Under the pieces are notes generated by a model. It worked only from the letters and a program-made list of their open reading frames with translations. It searched no databases and was not told the DNA's origin. Shown here piece by piece: positions 40,959 to 51,360 of a stretch of 64,000 nucleotides of DNA (positions are counted from its first letter, which is position 1; every line of letters starts with the position of its first letter). A program made the translations under genes and the position numbers. Source of the stretch: Escherichia coli (GTDB taxonomy: Bacteria; Pseudomonadota; Gammaproteobacteria; Enterobacterales; Enterobacteriaceae); assembly GCF_030013595.1 (NCBI RefSeq), contig NZ_CP122768.1; one strand, written 5' to 3'.

Positions 40959-41999
40959 TTAACTCCCCTTTTCCTCAGATTCAGGTTTGCCCGGGAACAT
41001 GACGCTTGCGAGAATGCCCAGCGCCAGTACACCCAGTACAACATACAGGCTGGTTGTTGCCGCGATGCTGTAACCATGATGCCAGATGTGATCGGTCGCA
41101 TTCAGGCCGAGTTTTGCCGCGATGAAGAACAGCAGCACGATAACGGCCTTCTCCAGATGAACCAGGTACTGTTTCAGTGCCTCAAGGACAAAATACAGAG
41201 TACGCAGGCCCAGGATAGCAAACATCATGGCACTATAGACGATAAGCGGTTCACGACTGACGGCAATGATTGCCGGTACCGAGTCAAACGCGAACATTAC
41301 GTCCGAGAGTTCAACCACAGCCACACACAGGAACAGCGGGGTCGCATACAGCGCCGCTTTTTTACCACGGCCAATGGTGACATCGCTGTTTTCTGGTTTC
41401 GCCAGTTCAGCATCCACTTCCTTCTGGTTAAGTAGGAAGGCATGCCCTCTGAGCTTCGGCCAGATAGGGAAGAAGCGTTTAACCATACGGTAAGCCAGAT
41501 GCTGGGAGTAATCCTCAATTTCATCATCGTCATCACCGCTTTTAAGCATCATGACCGCCGTCCAGGCAACGATAATAGCGAAGACAACTTCAACGTACGG
41601 CCCCAGACTCAGCAGGCTCGTACCGATGGCGACAAAGATGCCCCTGAAGACGATGGCACCAATGATCCCCCAGTAGAGAACACGGTGGCGATAACGATCC
41701 GGAACGGCGAACCAGGAGAAGATTGCCATCATGACGAACAGGTTATCGACCGACAGCACTTTCTCCAGCGCATAACCCGTGACAAACAGACTGGCAACCT
41801 CAGCACCGTGGTGGATATAGAGGAAACCGGCAAATGCCATCGCAACCACAACCCAGAATACGGACCAGAGCGCAGCACTCTTCAGCGAGATTGGCTTGTC
41901 ATCACGGTGCATAAACAGGTCAATAAAGATGGCACCGACTGAAAGCGCAATAAAAACAATGACCGTTTCAGTCGGGAAGCCGATGTGTGTGGAAACCAT
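40959..41999 (-). CDS. terC: Tellurium resistance integral membrane protein TerC
   Basis: 346-aa multi-pass membrane protein in terB-terC-terD order. Confidence 0.85.
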   Translation of the reverse strand: MVSTHIGFPTETVIVFIALSVGAIFIDLFMHRDDKPISLKSAALWSVFWVVVAMAFAGFLYIHHGAEVASLFVTGYALEKVLSVDNLFVMMAIFSWFAVPDRYRHRVLYWGIIGAIVFRGIFVAIGTSLLSLGPYVEVVFAIIVAWTAVMMLKSGDDDDEIEDYSQHLAYRMVKRFFPIWPKLRGHAFLLNQKEVDAELAKPENSDVTIGRGKKAALYATPLFLCVAVVELSDVMFAFDSVPAIIAVSREPLIVYSAMMFAILGLRTLYFVLEALKQYLVHLEKAVIVLLFFIAAKLGLNATDHIWHHGYSIAATTSLYVVLGVLALGILASVMFPGKPESEEKGS

Positions 42000-42021
42000 A
42001 TTTTACCCTTAGGGATGTGGA

Positions 42022-42477
42022 TCAGAGGCCAAATTCAGCCGGGTCGAAGCCCAACGCGATAGCGATCTCGCGGGAGGCCAGTTTCTCGTCCTGATCGAAG
42101 TTACCGTCACTTTTCGCAACGGCAATACCAACACGTAAGGCCAGCTGAGCGGCCTCAGGCTGATCTTTCAGCGCCAGGATGTATTTCATGGTTTCGCCCT
42201 TGCCAATTTCAACATCGAAATCGAAGCTTGAAACCAGTTTATTGAAGAACTCAATCACCTCATTGGTATCGAAGACCTTCAGCTCTTCTGAAGAGCGCAG
42301 AAAGCCCATCATTTTCTGCTTTTCTTCCGAACTTACGCCGTCACTCGATACGGCAATACGGGCACATACAGCAACGGTGCCCTGCATGAATTTTTTGTTT
42401 TTGAAACGGCCAACCTGGCGGGTCAGTTCGTCACGGCCTGAGTTAATGGCACCTTTAACTTTGTCGAAAAAGCTCAT
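42022..42477 (-). CDS. terB: Tellurium resistance protein TerB
   Basis: Start at MSFFDKVKGAINSGRDELTRQV (151 aa); track ORF is extended upstream into the terA 3' end. Confidence 0.8.
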   Translation of the reverse strand: MSFFDKVKGAINSGRDELTRQVGRFKNKKFMQGTVAVCARIAVSSDGVSSEEKQKMMGFLRSSEELKVFDTNEVIEFFNKLVSSFDFDVEIGKGETMKYILALKDQPEAAQLALRVGIAVAKSDGNFDQDEKLASREIAIALGFDPAEFGL

Positions 42478-42499
42478 ACCTGTTTCCTTTGTTGCTGTG

Positions 42500-43657
42500 T
42501 TATTTAGAACCGGCGCTCCAGCGAAATCCCCAGCCAAATGCCCGGTCCATTTCGTCCTGGCCTTTGAAGTACTGGTTAATTCGCTCGACTTTAATTGCGC
42601 CGTTTTCGTTTACGAGTCTGGCAATGGCGCACAATGTGCGACGGTTCTCACCTTCGGTCAGGCGGGTCTCAATGGGCGGTTGATCCGGCACATGAATGGT
42701 GACTACACCATCAGTCTTGTCCCAGCTGGGAACACCTTCATAAATAAAGGCGTAAATCAGCACTTCGCGGATATGCTTCCATTCACGTCCATTGATATGC
42801 AGCCACTCGCCGTCTGATACATCACCCGTCCGGTCATCGCCCTTGAGCTGAACATACGGTTCATCGCGATAATCACCGAATGCATTACCGAGCGCCTGAA
42901 TGACCGATTTATACCCGTCCTGAAGCTCAACAAAGGCCCCCAGATCCAGGTCGATTCCTTTGGAGCCGAACATACCTGCAAAGCCTGATTTGCTACTGCC
43001 CCGGTGCCAGTTCAGGTTGATCCGGATTTCACCGAAGTTATCCCGTTTGGTCAGGCTGATTGCAGGCTTCTCTTTTGTCAGCGATACCTTGCTCAGGCTG
43101 ATTTTTGTCTCAACTGGCGGAGGGGTTACAACCGGAGGAGTTGGGGCTGCGGGAGCCGGTTCGTCGGCAATATTTACGCCGAAATGCTCTGCCAGCGGTT
43201 TAAGTCCACCGTTGAACCCCTGCGCAACGAAGCGGAATTTCCAGTCATTATTACGACGGTAAAATTCCCCCAGAATTAAGGCTGCTTCCTGACGGCCGCT
43301 CAGTTCGACACTGCCGCTAACCAGGCCGGTAGCCCCTTGCTCCACGTCGATGGAAAGATTACGAAGACCGGACACCGTCTGCCCACCGTCACAGGTCACG
43401 GTGAACGCAATTTTCTGGACATCAGGTTTCAGCCGGTTGAGCGCGACAGTAAAGGTTGAGTACTGGCCTTCACTGACCAGGCTGACGGTACCATCATCGT
43501 TACGTGGCTGACCATAAAACACCATGTCCGCATCACCCTGCACCTTCCCGTCGGCATACAGGCGAAACGCCGAAGCATCCACCTGGCCGCCCGAGGTGAT
43601 CCGGACCCGCAACTCCTGGGCTGGAACGGGGGCATTGCCCCCCGGCGTCAGGTTCAT
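42500..43657 (-). CDS. terA: Tellurium resistance protein TerA (double TerD-domain protein)
   Basis: 385 aa; start overlaps terZ stop by 1 nt. Confidence 0.8.
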   Translation of the reverse strand: MNLTPGGNAPVPAQELRVRITSGGQVDASAFRLYADGKVQGDADMVFYGQPRNDDGTVSLVSEGQYSTFTVALNRLKPDVQKIAFTVTCDGGQTVSGLRNLSIDVEQGATGLVSGSVELSGRQEAALILGEFYRRNNDWKFRFVAQGFNGGLKPLAEHFGVNIADEPAPAAPTPPVVTPPPVETKISLSKVSLTKEKPAISLTKRDNFGEIRINLNWHRGSSKSGFAGMFGSKGIDLDLGAFVELQDGYKSVIQALGNAFGDYRDEPYVQLKGDDRTGDVSDGEWLHINGREWKHIREVLIYAFIYEGVPSWDKTDGVVTIHVPDQPPIETRLTEGENRRTLCAIARLVNENGAIKVERINQYFKGQDEMDRAFGWGFRWSAGSK

Positions 43658-44238
43658 TAGCGAATAACCGCTGAAACGATATCGGAGTGCATATCGTCAA
43701 TTGTGCGGCCGCGACAGGCATGGCCAAGGGCGGTAAAGTCCCAGTTGCCGTTATTACGGCGCAGCGAAGAAATAACGATCCCGGTATGTGAGCCCTGCTC
43801 AGTCAGCTTGTAGCGAGCCAGCTCTTTGCCGGTTTGATCGACAACGCGGCAGAAAGCGTTTTCGACGTCATTGAACGACTGACCACGGAAGCTGTTTACC
43901 GTAAACGCCAGGTATTCAACGTTTGCAGGCAGGCGGGAGAGGTTGACCTTAATCACTTCATCGTCACCGTCACCCTCACCGGTCAGGTTATCGCCACTGT
44001 GCACAACAGCGCCGCAGGTGGATTTCAGTTTGCGGAACCAGATGGTGTCAATTGTTTTACCTGTGCTGTCCATTAATACACAGCCAGCATCGAGATCGAT
44101 TGAGTCGTTGCCTCCAAACAATCCTCCAAGAAGACCTTTTTTCTTAACCGGATCCCAACCGAGACCGAAATGAAGCTGGCTTAATGCAGATGATTCTTTG
44201 CTGAGTGATACCGTCTGGTTCTTAACTAATGAAACCAT
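43657..44238 (-). CDS. terZ: Tellurium resistance protein TerZ (TerD domain)
   Basis: 193 aa MVSLVKNQTVSLSKESSALSQLHFGLGWDP...; first gene of the operon, divergent from the biosynthetic cluster. Confidence 0.8.
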   Translation of the reverse strand: MVSLVKNQTVSLSKESSALSQLHFGLGWDPVKKKGLLGGLFGGNDSIDLDAGCVLMDSTGKTIDTIWFRKLKSTCGAVVHSGDNLTGEGDGDDEVIKVNLSRLPANVEYLAFTVNSFRGQSFNDVENAFCRVVDQTGKELARYKLTEQGSHTGIVISSLRRNNGNWDFTALGHACRGRTIDDMHSDIVSAVIR

Positions 44239-44560
44239 GTTTTATTCCTTAAAATGGTAATGACCGAGACAATCAAAGGTATATTTAGTAACTGACGAAG
44301 AAAATCATATCATGATGAAGTTCTCTGACAAGGGAAATTTTTGTGGTTTTCTGTAAAAACACAAAAAGAAATCCTTTTCAGGGTGTTAGTTTTTCTATTT
44401 TTAATTTAAATATCAATGTGTTATAAGGAATCCAAAAAACACTGACGCACTCCATAACCACAGGAGTTATTAATCATATTATGATTGACATGTAGCTTAG
44501 ACACTCATAGACTCACTTCTCAATCATAAATTTGCATGGCGTTCCGGATAATTAAAAAAA

Positions 44561-45619
44561 ATGAACAAGAAAATTTGGTTTATGGAAGGTTTATCCTCCC
44601 AGCGAGATATTATTCAGGGGGTAAAATCATTTGCACAAAAAAATAATTTTGCCATTACCGTTTTTGCCTCCCACCGTAACGAAAGAAATGAAATCCTTTC
44701 CGTTGCCGATTATTCTTTGACTGAACCTGAAGATCCTCAAAAACGTCTTCAGTTTATCCAGGAAACCATTCAGACCTACGGCATCCACCATATTCATACT
44801 GGCCGTAACAGCCAGTGGTTTGAAGAACACCGTTCAGCCATTGAACCGACCGGTGCCACCCTTACTACCGGTGCAACGGGCGTCGACTGGTTAACTCTGG
44901 CTGACGAAAAAGTTACTTTTGCTCAGTTTATGGAGCAAAAGGGTCTCCCGGTCGTACCATCCTGGCGGGTGAATACGCTGGCAGAATTAAAGACACACCT
45001 CGCGGCCCCGCCGTTCACTGACAGCCCGGTATGCGTGAAGCCGGTGACGGGTATCTATGGCATGGGATTCTGGCGCTTTGATGACAGTGCTTCGCCTATG
45101 GCCGTCTTTAATCATCCCGAACATCGTCTGGTCAGTCCGCAACAGTATATTGCAGCAGCATCAGCTGCTGAGTCGTTTAAACCCCTTGTTTTGATGCCGT
45201 ACCTGCCAGGCCCGGAATTTTCCGTCGATATCCTCGCGGATAAGGGCGAAATACTCGCAGCCGTGGGACGCCGTAAGGAAGGGGCTATCCAGTATCTGGT
45301 AAACGAAGGAAGCGCCTGGGAACTGGCGTGTGACTGCGCCCGTGTTATGAAGGCCGACGGGCTGGTGAATGTTCAGACGCGAAACGATGTGAATGGCAAC
45401 CCGGTGCTGCTTGAAACCAACATGCGTCCGTCAGGGGGGGTGGGTTATACCCTTCACAGCGGTGTGAACCTTCCTGGGTTATTTGCTGCCTTTAAGCTCG
45501 GTCTGATGTCTGAAGATATGGTACGCCAGAGCGCTAAAAACACCTTTTCTCCGGTTGCGGTGAGATCCATTACGGATGTAATTGCATACCCGGAATCACT
45601 CTCTAACCTTCTGAATTAA
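44561..45619 (+). CDS. ATP-grasp family enzyme (ter-linked biosynthetic cluster)
   Basis: 352 aa; first gene of a tightly packed plus-strand cluster divergent from terZ; ATP-grasp call is from overall pattern and the ter-linked context described by comparative genomics. Confidence 0.55.
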   Translation: MNKKIWFMEGLSSQRDIIQGVKSFAQKNNFAITVFASHRNERNEILSVADYSLTEPEDPQKRLQFIQETIQTYGIHHIHTGRNSQWFEEHRSAIEPTGATLTTGATGVDWLTLADEKVTFAQFMEQKGLPVVPSWRVNTLAELKTHLAAPPFTDSPVCVKPVTGIYGMGFWRFDDSASPMAVFNHPEHRLVSPQQYIAAASAAESFKPLVLMPYLPGPEFSVDILADKGEILAAVGRRKEGAIQYLVNEGSAWELACDCARVMKADGLVNVQTRNDVNGNPVLLETNMRPSGGVGYTLHSGVNLPGLFAAFKLGLMSEDMVRQSAKNTFSPVAVRSITDVIAYPESLSNLLN

Positions 45620-45628
45620 GGCGTATTT

Positions 45629-46771
45629 ATGTCTGATATCCTCGAAGATATGATTTATCGCCGTACCCTCTCATGCGGTACGATTCAGGTAACCCGTGAC
45701 CAGGGTGAAGTTTCGCTCGATGACCTGTTTGACATCGCTGAAAGACGTAACCCGAAACGCGCCTTTCTGTTTGTCAGCAAAGTACTCGGCAGGCACATTC
45801 CCGTGCCACCCTCAGTCATGCGGCAGGCCTACAGACAGCTTGCCAGCCAGTTCCCCTCGACACTGACAGGACCCGTACTGTTTATCGGTATGGCTGAAAC
45901 CGCCGTTGGGCTTGGGGCCGGTGTATTTGATGAAGTGCGCCACCAGCATCGTGAATCTGTCTATCTGACCTCTACCCGTCACCCGGTTGATGGCACGTTG
46001 CTTTGCGAGTTCAAGGAAGAACACAGCCACGCCACCGATCATCTGATCTATCTGCCAGATGATGAAGAGAAAAGACGTCGTGTTACCAACGCACGAACGC
46101 TGGTTTTGATTGATGACGAGGCAACCACCGGTAATACCTTTATTAACCTGCTTTCTGCCCTGCGTAATACCGGCAAGCTTCAACATATTGAACAGGTTAT
46201 CGCCGTAACGCTGACCGACTGGAGTGGCAATGCCCTGTCGGAGCGCACCCCCTTGCCCGTCACTTCGGTTTCGCTTGTAAGCGGTCAGTGGGGATGGACC
46301 CCATTACCTGATGCACCTGTCCCGGACATGCCGAAAGTCAACGTAACTTCACGAGGAGAATGGGACATCCAGGGGAAACAGTCATGGGGCCGACTGGGGA
46401 TGCTCGCACCTGCGGCCGATCTCGGCCATGAGGTCTCCGTCCACAAGGGGGAACGTATTCTGGTTCTCGGGACCGGGGAATTCGTCTGGGAGCCGTTCCT
46501 GCTTGCTGAACGGCTCGAAGCTGCCGGAGCACAGGCATTTTATGGATCGACCACCCGCTCCCCTGTCGCCGTTGGTTATGCCATTGAGTCCGCCATTTCC
46601 TTTACGGATAACTACGGGCTGGGCATCCCCAATTTTGTCTATAACGTCGCCCACCAGCAGTTTGACCGCATTCTTGTGTGTACTGAGACACCCGCAGAAA
46701 GTATTGACACGCAGCTTCTTAAAGCGCTGGCTGAGGTTGCGCCCGTCGTGGAGATTGTTACCTATGAATAA
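45629..46771 (+). CDS. Phosphoribosyltransferase-like protein (ter-linked cluster)
   Basis: 380 aa; PRPP-binding-type motif LVLIDDEATTGNT. Confidence 0.6.
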   Translation: MSDILEDMIYRRTLSCGTIQVTRDQGEVSLDDLFDIAERRNPKRAFLFVSKVLGRHIPVPPSVMRQAYRQLASQFPSTLTGPVLFIGMAETAVGLGAGVFDEVRHQHRESVYLTSTRHPVDGTLLCEFKEEHSHATDHLIYLPDDEEKRRRVTNARTLVLIDDEATTGNTFINLLSALRNTGKLQHIEQVIAVTLTDWSGNALSERTPLPVTSVSLVSGQWGWTPLPDAPVPDMPKVNVTSRGEWDIQGKQSWGRLGMLAPAADLGHEVSVHKGERILVLGTGEFVWEPFLLAERLEAAGAQAFYGSTTRSPVAVGYAIESAISFTDNYGLGIPNFVYNVAHQQFDRILVCTETPAESIDTQLLKALAEVAPVVEIVTYE

Positions 46772-47537
46772 ACCCGTTGTTCTGAGCGACCTTGACGACA
46801 CGCTCTTTCAGACCCGTCGTAAAATGGTGGACGAGCTGGCCCTGGAGCCATTCCGTACCGGTGCCGTTGATCGCACCCTGAATCCACGAAGCTTTATGAC
46901 GGAAGAACAGTCCATGTTGGTGGACTGGCTCCTGGAGCAGGCTGAACTCATACCCGTTACCGCACGGGGAACTGAAGAAATCAGCCGCGTACGGATCCCT
47001 TTCCACTCCTGGGCAATCACAACGCACGGGGCCGTCATTCTCACGCCTGAAGGCAAACCCGACGAGGAGTGGAAGGCCCATATGCTCGGCCAGCTGGCTC
47101 CCTACCAGGAAAAGCTGACATCGATGCAGCGTCTGATCACTGAAATGATGGACGCAAAAGGAATCAATGCCTGGGCAAGGCTGAACTTCGAATACGGTGA
47201 AACGGCGGTTTATATGGTGATGAAACACCGCGACAGCACCCGCCTTGACGAGCTCAATGCCATTGCAGATGAGATAGAAACGGTGTTTCCGACCGAGGGC
47301 TTCTACATCCACCGCAACAGTAATAACGTGGCCTGGCTTCCCACCCCGGTTGAGAAAGGGCTGGCAGTCAGCTGGCTGCTTGAAAAACTTCGGGCTGAAC
47401 GAGGAGTTTTCCCCGTAATTGGTTTGGGCGACAGCCTGAGCGATCATCGTTTTATGAAACTGTGCAGCTGGTTTGGCATCCCGCGTCAGAGTCAGTTTGC
47501 AGATGCCATTTCACAGCGAATTTTTGGAGAAAATTAA
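46764..47537 (+). CDS. HAD-superfamily hydrolase (ter-linked cluster)
   Basis: Start MNKPVVLSDLDDTLF carries the HAD motif I (DxDxT); ATG at 46764 overlaps upstream stop; track ORF 46428-47537 is an upstream over-extension. Confidence 0.65.
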   Translation: MNKPVVLSDLDDTLFQTRRKMVDELALEPFRTGAVDRTLNPRSFMTEEQSMLVDWLLEQAELIPVTARGTEEISRVRIPFHSWAITTHGAVILTPEGKPDEEWKAHMLGQLAPYQEKLTSMQRLITEMMDAKGINAWARLNFEYGETAVYMVMKHRDSTRLDELNAIADEIETVFPTEGFYIHRNSNNVAWLPTPVEKGLAVSWLLEKLRAERGVFPVIGLGDSLSDHRFMKLCSWFGIPRQSQFADAISQRIFGEN

Positions 47538-47538
47538 A

Positions 47539-48618
47539 ATGCAGCCACATGAAACATTTACCGGCTCATACCAGCCCGGTGACGTGGAATTTCTGCTAAA
47601 GCCGGTTGTCATTGAGATGACGCCGGTTGAGAAAAAAGAAGAACTGATTCAGTCCGGGAAGAAACATTATTCGGACATGCTCAGCCAGGAGCCAGCGCCT
47701 ACACAATGGCATCTTGATTTGTTTCACCGGGCGCTGGATCGGGGCGCAGAGAGGCTTGCAAAAGAAGTCACACAGCTCGCTATTGCTCTGGCCGAACGCT
47801 TCGGTGATGAGCCCATTGTACTGGCCAGTCTTGTCAGGGCTGGCGTTCCGCTCGGCGTTATGCTGCACCAGGCCCTGCGTGACATGGGGAAAACCTCATG
47901 GCATTACGGTATCAGCATTATCCGGGATCGTGGAATTGACGGTGCAGCCCTCGACGTCATTGAAGAGCGGCATGGTACCAGCGGTATTGTCTTTGTTGAC
48001 GGATGGACAGGTAAAGGCGCAATTACCGGAGAGCTTGTACGCGCACTGAAAGATCGCCCGGGCTATCCTGAGCAGCCGCGACTGGTTGTCCTGGCCGATC
48101 CCTGTGGCTGCTCCTGGCTTGCAGCCAGTGATGATGACTGGCTCATTCCTTTTGGCATCATGGGGGCGCCGGTATCAGGCCTGATCTCCCGGTCAGTATG
48201 GTCCTCTGAAGGATTACACGGGTGCATGGTTTGCGAGCATCTCAGTGAATTCGAATGCAGCCGGATGCTTGCCGATACCGTCGCTCATTTCCGTAAGAAG
48301 TTAACACCGTCATCCCTCGCTCCCCTGAGCTGGAATACGGAATCAGCCCGGGTCTTATGGCAGACAAGTCGCGACGTTATCGCGTTCCTGGCCGATGAAT
48401 TTAAAGTGGACAGCGTCAATCGTATTAAACCCGGTATTGCTGAAGCAACCCGGGCTGTATTACGTCGGGTACCGGACCATGTATTTGTGCGTTCTATTGA
48501 CGACCCGGACGTTGCCTTGCTTGTAGGGCTTGCTCGTGAAAAGGGAATAGTTGTTACAGAAATGGGGGGAACCCTCGGCCAGTATCGGGCTGTAACCATT
48601 ATCAAGAAGGTACTCTGA
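47539..48618 (+). CDS. Second PRTase-like protein (ter-linked cluster)
   Basis: Start MQPHETFTG preceded by GGAGA; PRTase-like motif IVFVDGWTGKG; stop overlaps next start. Confidence 0.5.
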   Translation: MQPHETFTGSYQPGDVEFLLKPVVIEMTPVEKKEELIQSGKKHYSDMLSQEPAPTQWHLDLFHRALDRGAERLAKEVTQLAIALAERFGDEPIVLASLVRAGVPLGVMLHQALRDMGKTSWHYGISIIRDRGIDGAALDVIEERHGTSGIVFVDGWTGKGAITGELVRALKDRPGYPEQPRLVVLADPCGCSWLAASDDDWLIPFGIMGAPVSGLISRSVWSSEGLHGCMVCEHLSEFECSRMLADTVAHFRKKLTPSSLAPLSWNTESARVLWQTSRDVIAFLADEFKVDSVNRIKPGIAEATRAVLRRVPDHVFVRSIDDPDVALLVGLAREKGIVVTEMGGTLGQYRAVTIIKKVL

Positions 48619-49574
48619 TGAAAAATCGTCTTTCTCCCTGGAATCTGGGAGCCACGCTATACATGCCTGCAACACGGGAAGATATTGCTGATGCCGTCCT
48701 GCACGGGAAAATCCCGGGCTTGCGCTCTCTGGTGATTTGCCTGGAGGATGCTGTCAGTGAAGCAGACATCCCCGTCGCCCTCAAAAATCTGGAGCACCTG
48801 CTGCACGAGCTCAGTAACAGCATGAGTAGCCTGGGTAAAAATGACTGGCCTCTGGTGTTCATTCGCCCCCGGCATGCCGAAATGGGCAGATGGTTAAAAG
48901 CGCATTATGATCTTTCCGCTGTCGACGGGTTTGTGCTGCCTAAATTTACCCTCAGTTCGTTAGCTGAATGGTGGGATATCATGGTCGGGACTCACCTGTG
49001 CATGATGCCAACGCTGGAAACAGAAGATGTCTTTGACGTGGTTCAGATGCGCGAGCTGGCTACCCGTCTGGAGGAACATCCCTGCCACGACCGCATTATT
49101 GCGCTTCGAATCGGCGGCAACGATCTTATGAACGTTGTGTCGCTTCGCCGTCCCCGGGACCTGACGCTGTATGACAGCCCGATGGGCTACGTCATCAAAA
49201 TGCTCGTTTCGGTCTTCGGCCCGCGTGATTTTGCCCTGACCGCGCCTGTATGTGAGCATATTGACGATCATGCCGTTATGGCCAGAGAGCTGGCTCTTGA
49301 TATGGCACACGGGCTTGTTGGGAAAACGGCCATTCACCCGGGTCAGATAGAGGTCATTCAAAACGCGCTGATGGTCACTCAGGGTGAGCATTCTGACGCT
49401 CTGCGGATCCTGAACTCTACCCAGGCCGTGTTTAAGTCGCAGGGAGCAATGTGTGAACCCGCCACACATCGCCGCTGGGCGGCTGGCATTCTGGACAGGG
49501 CTCGTTTTTATGGGTTACAGAACGAGCAAAGCGCTGATGGAATCAGATTACTTACCGTGACCCAGCATCATTAA
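48618..49574 (+). CDS. HpcH/HpaI aldolase / citrate-lyase beta-subunit-like protein (ter-linked cluster)
   Basis: 318 aa; TIM-barrel lyase-like pattern; translationally coupled to upstream gene. Confidence 0.55.
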   Translation: MKNRLSPWNLGATLYMPATREDIADAVLHGKIPGLRSLVICLEDAVSEADIPVALKNLEHLLHELSNSMSSLGKNDWPLVFIRPRHAEMGRWLKAHYDLSAVDGFVLPKFTLSSLAEWWDIMVGTHLCMMPTLETEDVFDVVQMRELATRLEEHPCHDRIIALRIGGNDLMNVVSLRRPRDLTLYDSPMGYVIKMLVSVFGPRDFALTAPVCEHIDDHAVMARELALDMAHGLVGKTAIHPGQIEVIQNALMVTQGEHSDALRILNSTQAVFKSQGAMCEPATHRRWAAGILDRARFYGLQNEQSADGIRLLTVTQHH

Positions 49575-49584
49575 GGAAATCATA

Positions 49585-50793
49585 ATGGGGTTCAGGTTCA
49601 GAAAGTCGATCAACATTATTCCTGGCGTTCGCCTCAACCTGAGTAACGGTGCACCGAGCCTGAGTGTCGGGCCGAGAGGTGCTTCCGTTTCTTTTGGTAG
49701 CCGGGGGACCTATGCCAATCTGGGCTTGCCCGGTACCGGGCTGAGTTACCGTACCCGGCTTGACCGGGCCGCGCGTTCCAGAGGTGAAAACCGGACGGCA
49801 ACCGACCCGGGGCTCAGACAGGCGCTTGAGCAGAAAGCCGCTGAACTCATGTCAGCGGTAACCGCAATCCGTAATATTCACGAGCTGACGCCGGATCCAA
49901 AAACAGGCATCAGCTGGGCAGAGCTGGAAGCAGTATACCTGCATAACAGAACGTCGCCTTTTCAGGTTCCGGCACCGGTGCGTCCAGAAAAGCCAGACTA
50001 CCTTGTATTGCCGGAAAAGCCTGCCGAGAGCGAAGGCATTAGTTTTTTGGGTAAATGGTTTGAATCGGAATCAGCTAAAGCTGAGCGCCACGCCGAAAAT
50101 CTTCGCCGGTGGCAGCAGGAGCTGATTGATGTGGAGCGTGAGAATACCCTTCGACAGCACCGGTACCAGCAACAACGGACGGCCTGGGCCGAACAGTATG
50201 CAAACTGGAAGTTTGAAGCTGAAGAACATGAAAAACGGCTCGCCACGGCTCAGGCAGATGCCCGGCAGCAGTTCCGGACAGACGCCGCGTTTTTCGAATC
50301 ATACCTGGCGGGTGTGCTGGCAGAAACTGAATGGCCGCGTGAAACGCTTGTTGCATTTGAAGTAAAGCCGGAGCTATCAGCAGTCCTGCTGGACGTTGAT
50401 TTAGCTGAGATTGAAGATTTCCCTGATAAGATTTACGGCGTTAATGCCCGGGGAACGGAGCTGACGGAAAAAGCCATGACGCAAAAAGCCGTACGCGAAA
50501 ACTATGCCCACCACGTCCATGGCTGCTTGTTCCGCCTGGTCGGTATCGTTTTACATACGCTACCTTTCGACAACGTGATTGTGTCAGGCTTTACGCAACG
50601 GGTCAGTAAGCGGACCGGCTATCTGGAGGATGAGTATATCCTGTCCTGCAAATGCACTCGCAGCCAGATGTCGTCAGTAAATTTTGCAGGCATAAAACAC
50701 ATTGATCCGGTTGAAGCGTTAGGCGATCAACCGGTTATTCGAAAGATGAGCAGTACCTTCATTTTTCAGCCTATTGAACCACTAACCCTTTAA
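49585..50793 (+). CDS. DUF4236-domain protein
   Basis: 402 aa; N-terminus MGFRFRKSINIIPGVRLNLSNGAPSLSVGPRGASVSFGSRG is the DUF4236 signature. Confidence 0.6.
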   Translation: MGFRFRKSINIIPGVRLNLSNGAPSLSVGPRGASVSFGSRGTYANLGLPGTGLSYRTRLDRAARSRGENRTATDPGLRQALEQKAAELMSAVTAIRNIHELTPDPKTGISWAELEAVYLHNRTSPFQVPAPVRPEKPDYLVLPEKPAESEGISFLGKWFESESAKAERHAENLRRWQQELIDVERENTLRQHRYQQQRTAWAEQYANWKFEAEEHEKRLATAQADARQQFRTDAAFFESYLAGVLAETEWPRETLVAFEVKPELSAVLLDVDLAEIEDFPDKIYGVNARGTELTEKAMTQKAVRENYAHHVHGCLFRLVGIVLHTLPFDNVIVSGFTQRVSKRTGYLEDEYILSCKCTRSQMSSVNFAGIKHIDPVEALGDQPVIRKMSSTFIFQPIEPLTL

Positions 50794-50810
50794 GCAGGCT
50801 AAATCTTACG

Positions 50811-51278
50811 ATGCAATTAAATACCAGACAGGCCCGGATTTTTAAGCTTGCCAACTTACTGGGCACCGGCAAGCCCGTTTCCGCTGCCGACATTATAACC
50901 AGTCTGGAATGCTCTGAGCCGACATTAACCCGGGCCCTCAAAGAGCTACGCGAGTCATATTCTGCGGAGATCAAATACAGCAAGGCAGGTCATTCCTATC
51001 ATCTCGTTAATCCGGGCCAGTTGGATAAAAAGACCCTCCGCCGGATGAATGAAGCGCTCGCACAGAATGCTGAACTGAAAACCGGTGAGTCCACAGGGAA
51101 GGTCGTACTCGATAAGGATAAAAAAACAGCCGTGTCATTATCGCTACGCATGCGGATTCTAAGAAAAATTGACCGTCTGGCTGCGCTGAGTGACTCGACC
51201 CGAAGTGAAGCGGTAGAGAAGCTGGCTCTGCACTCCGTTGATGAACTGATAAAAGAATACAGCGCTAAAAAGTCCTGA
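50811..51278 (+). CDS. terW: TerW-like winged-helix regulator
   Basis: 155 aa, HTH-like N-terminus; size and position at the end of the ter-linked cluster fit recalled TerW. Confidence 0.45.
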   Translation: MQLNTRQARIFKLANLLGTGKPVSAADIITSLECSEPTLTRALKELRESYSAEIKYSKAGHSYHLVNPGQLDKKTLRRMNEALAQNAELKTGESTGKVVLDKDKKTAVSLSLRMRILRKIDRLAALSDSTRSEAVEKLALHSVDELIKEYSAKKS

Positions 51279-51360
51279 CGCTAAATCTCAGACCGGGGTG
51301 AAAACTCCGGTTTTGTCATATTTCACCTCTGTATTGGCGTGATGCAAAATGGCATCTGAA

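Noticed and set aside
46428-47447. Upstream extension of the HAD gene (46428 start) and 229-aa minus ORF 46758-47447
   Set aside because: The HAD DxDxT motif begins at the ATG at 46764, which overlaps the preceding stop; the minus ORF is antisense to that gene.
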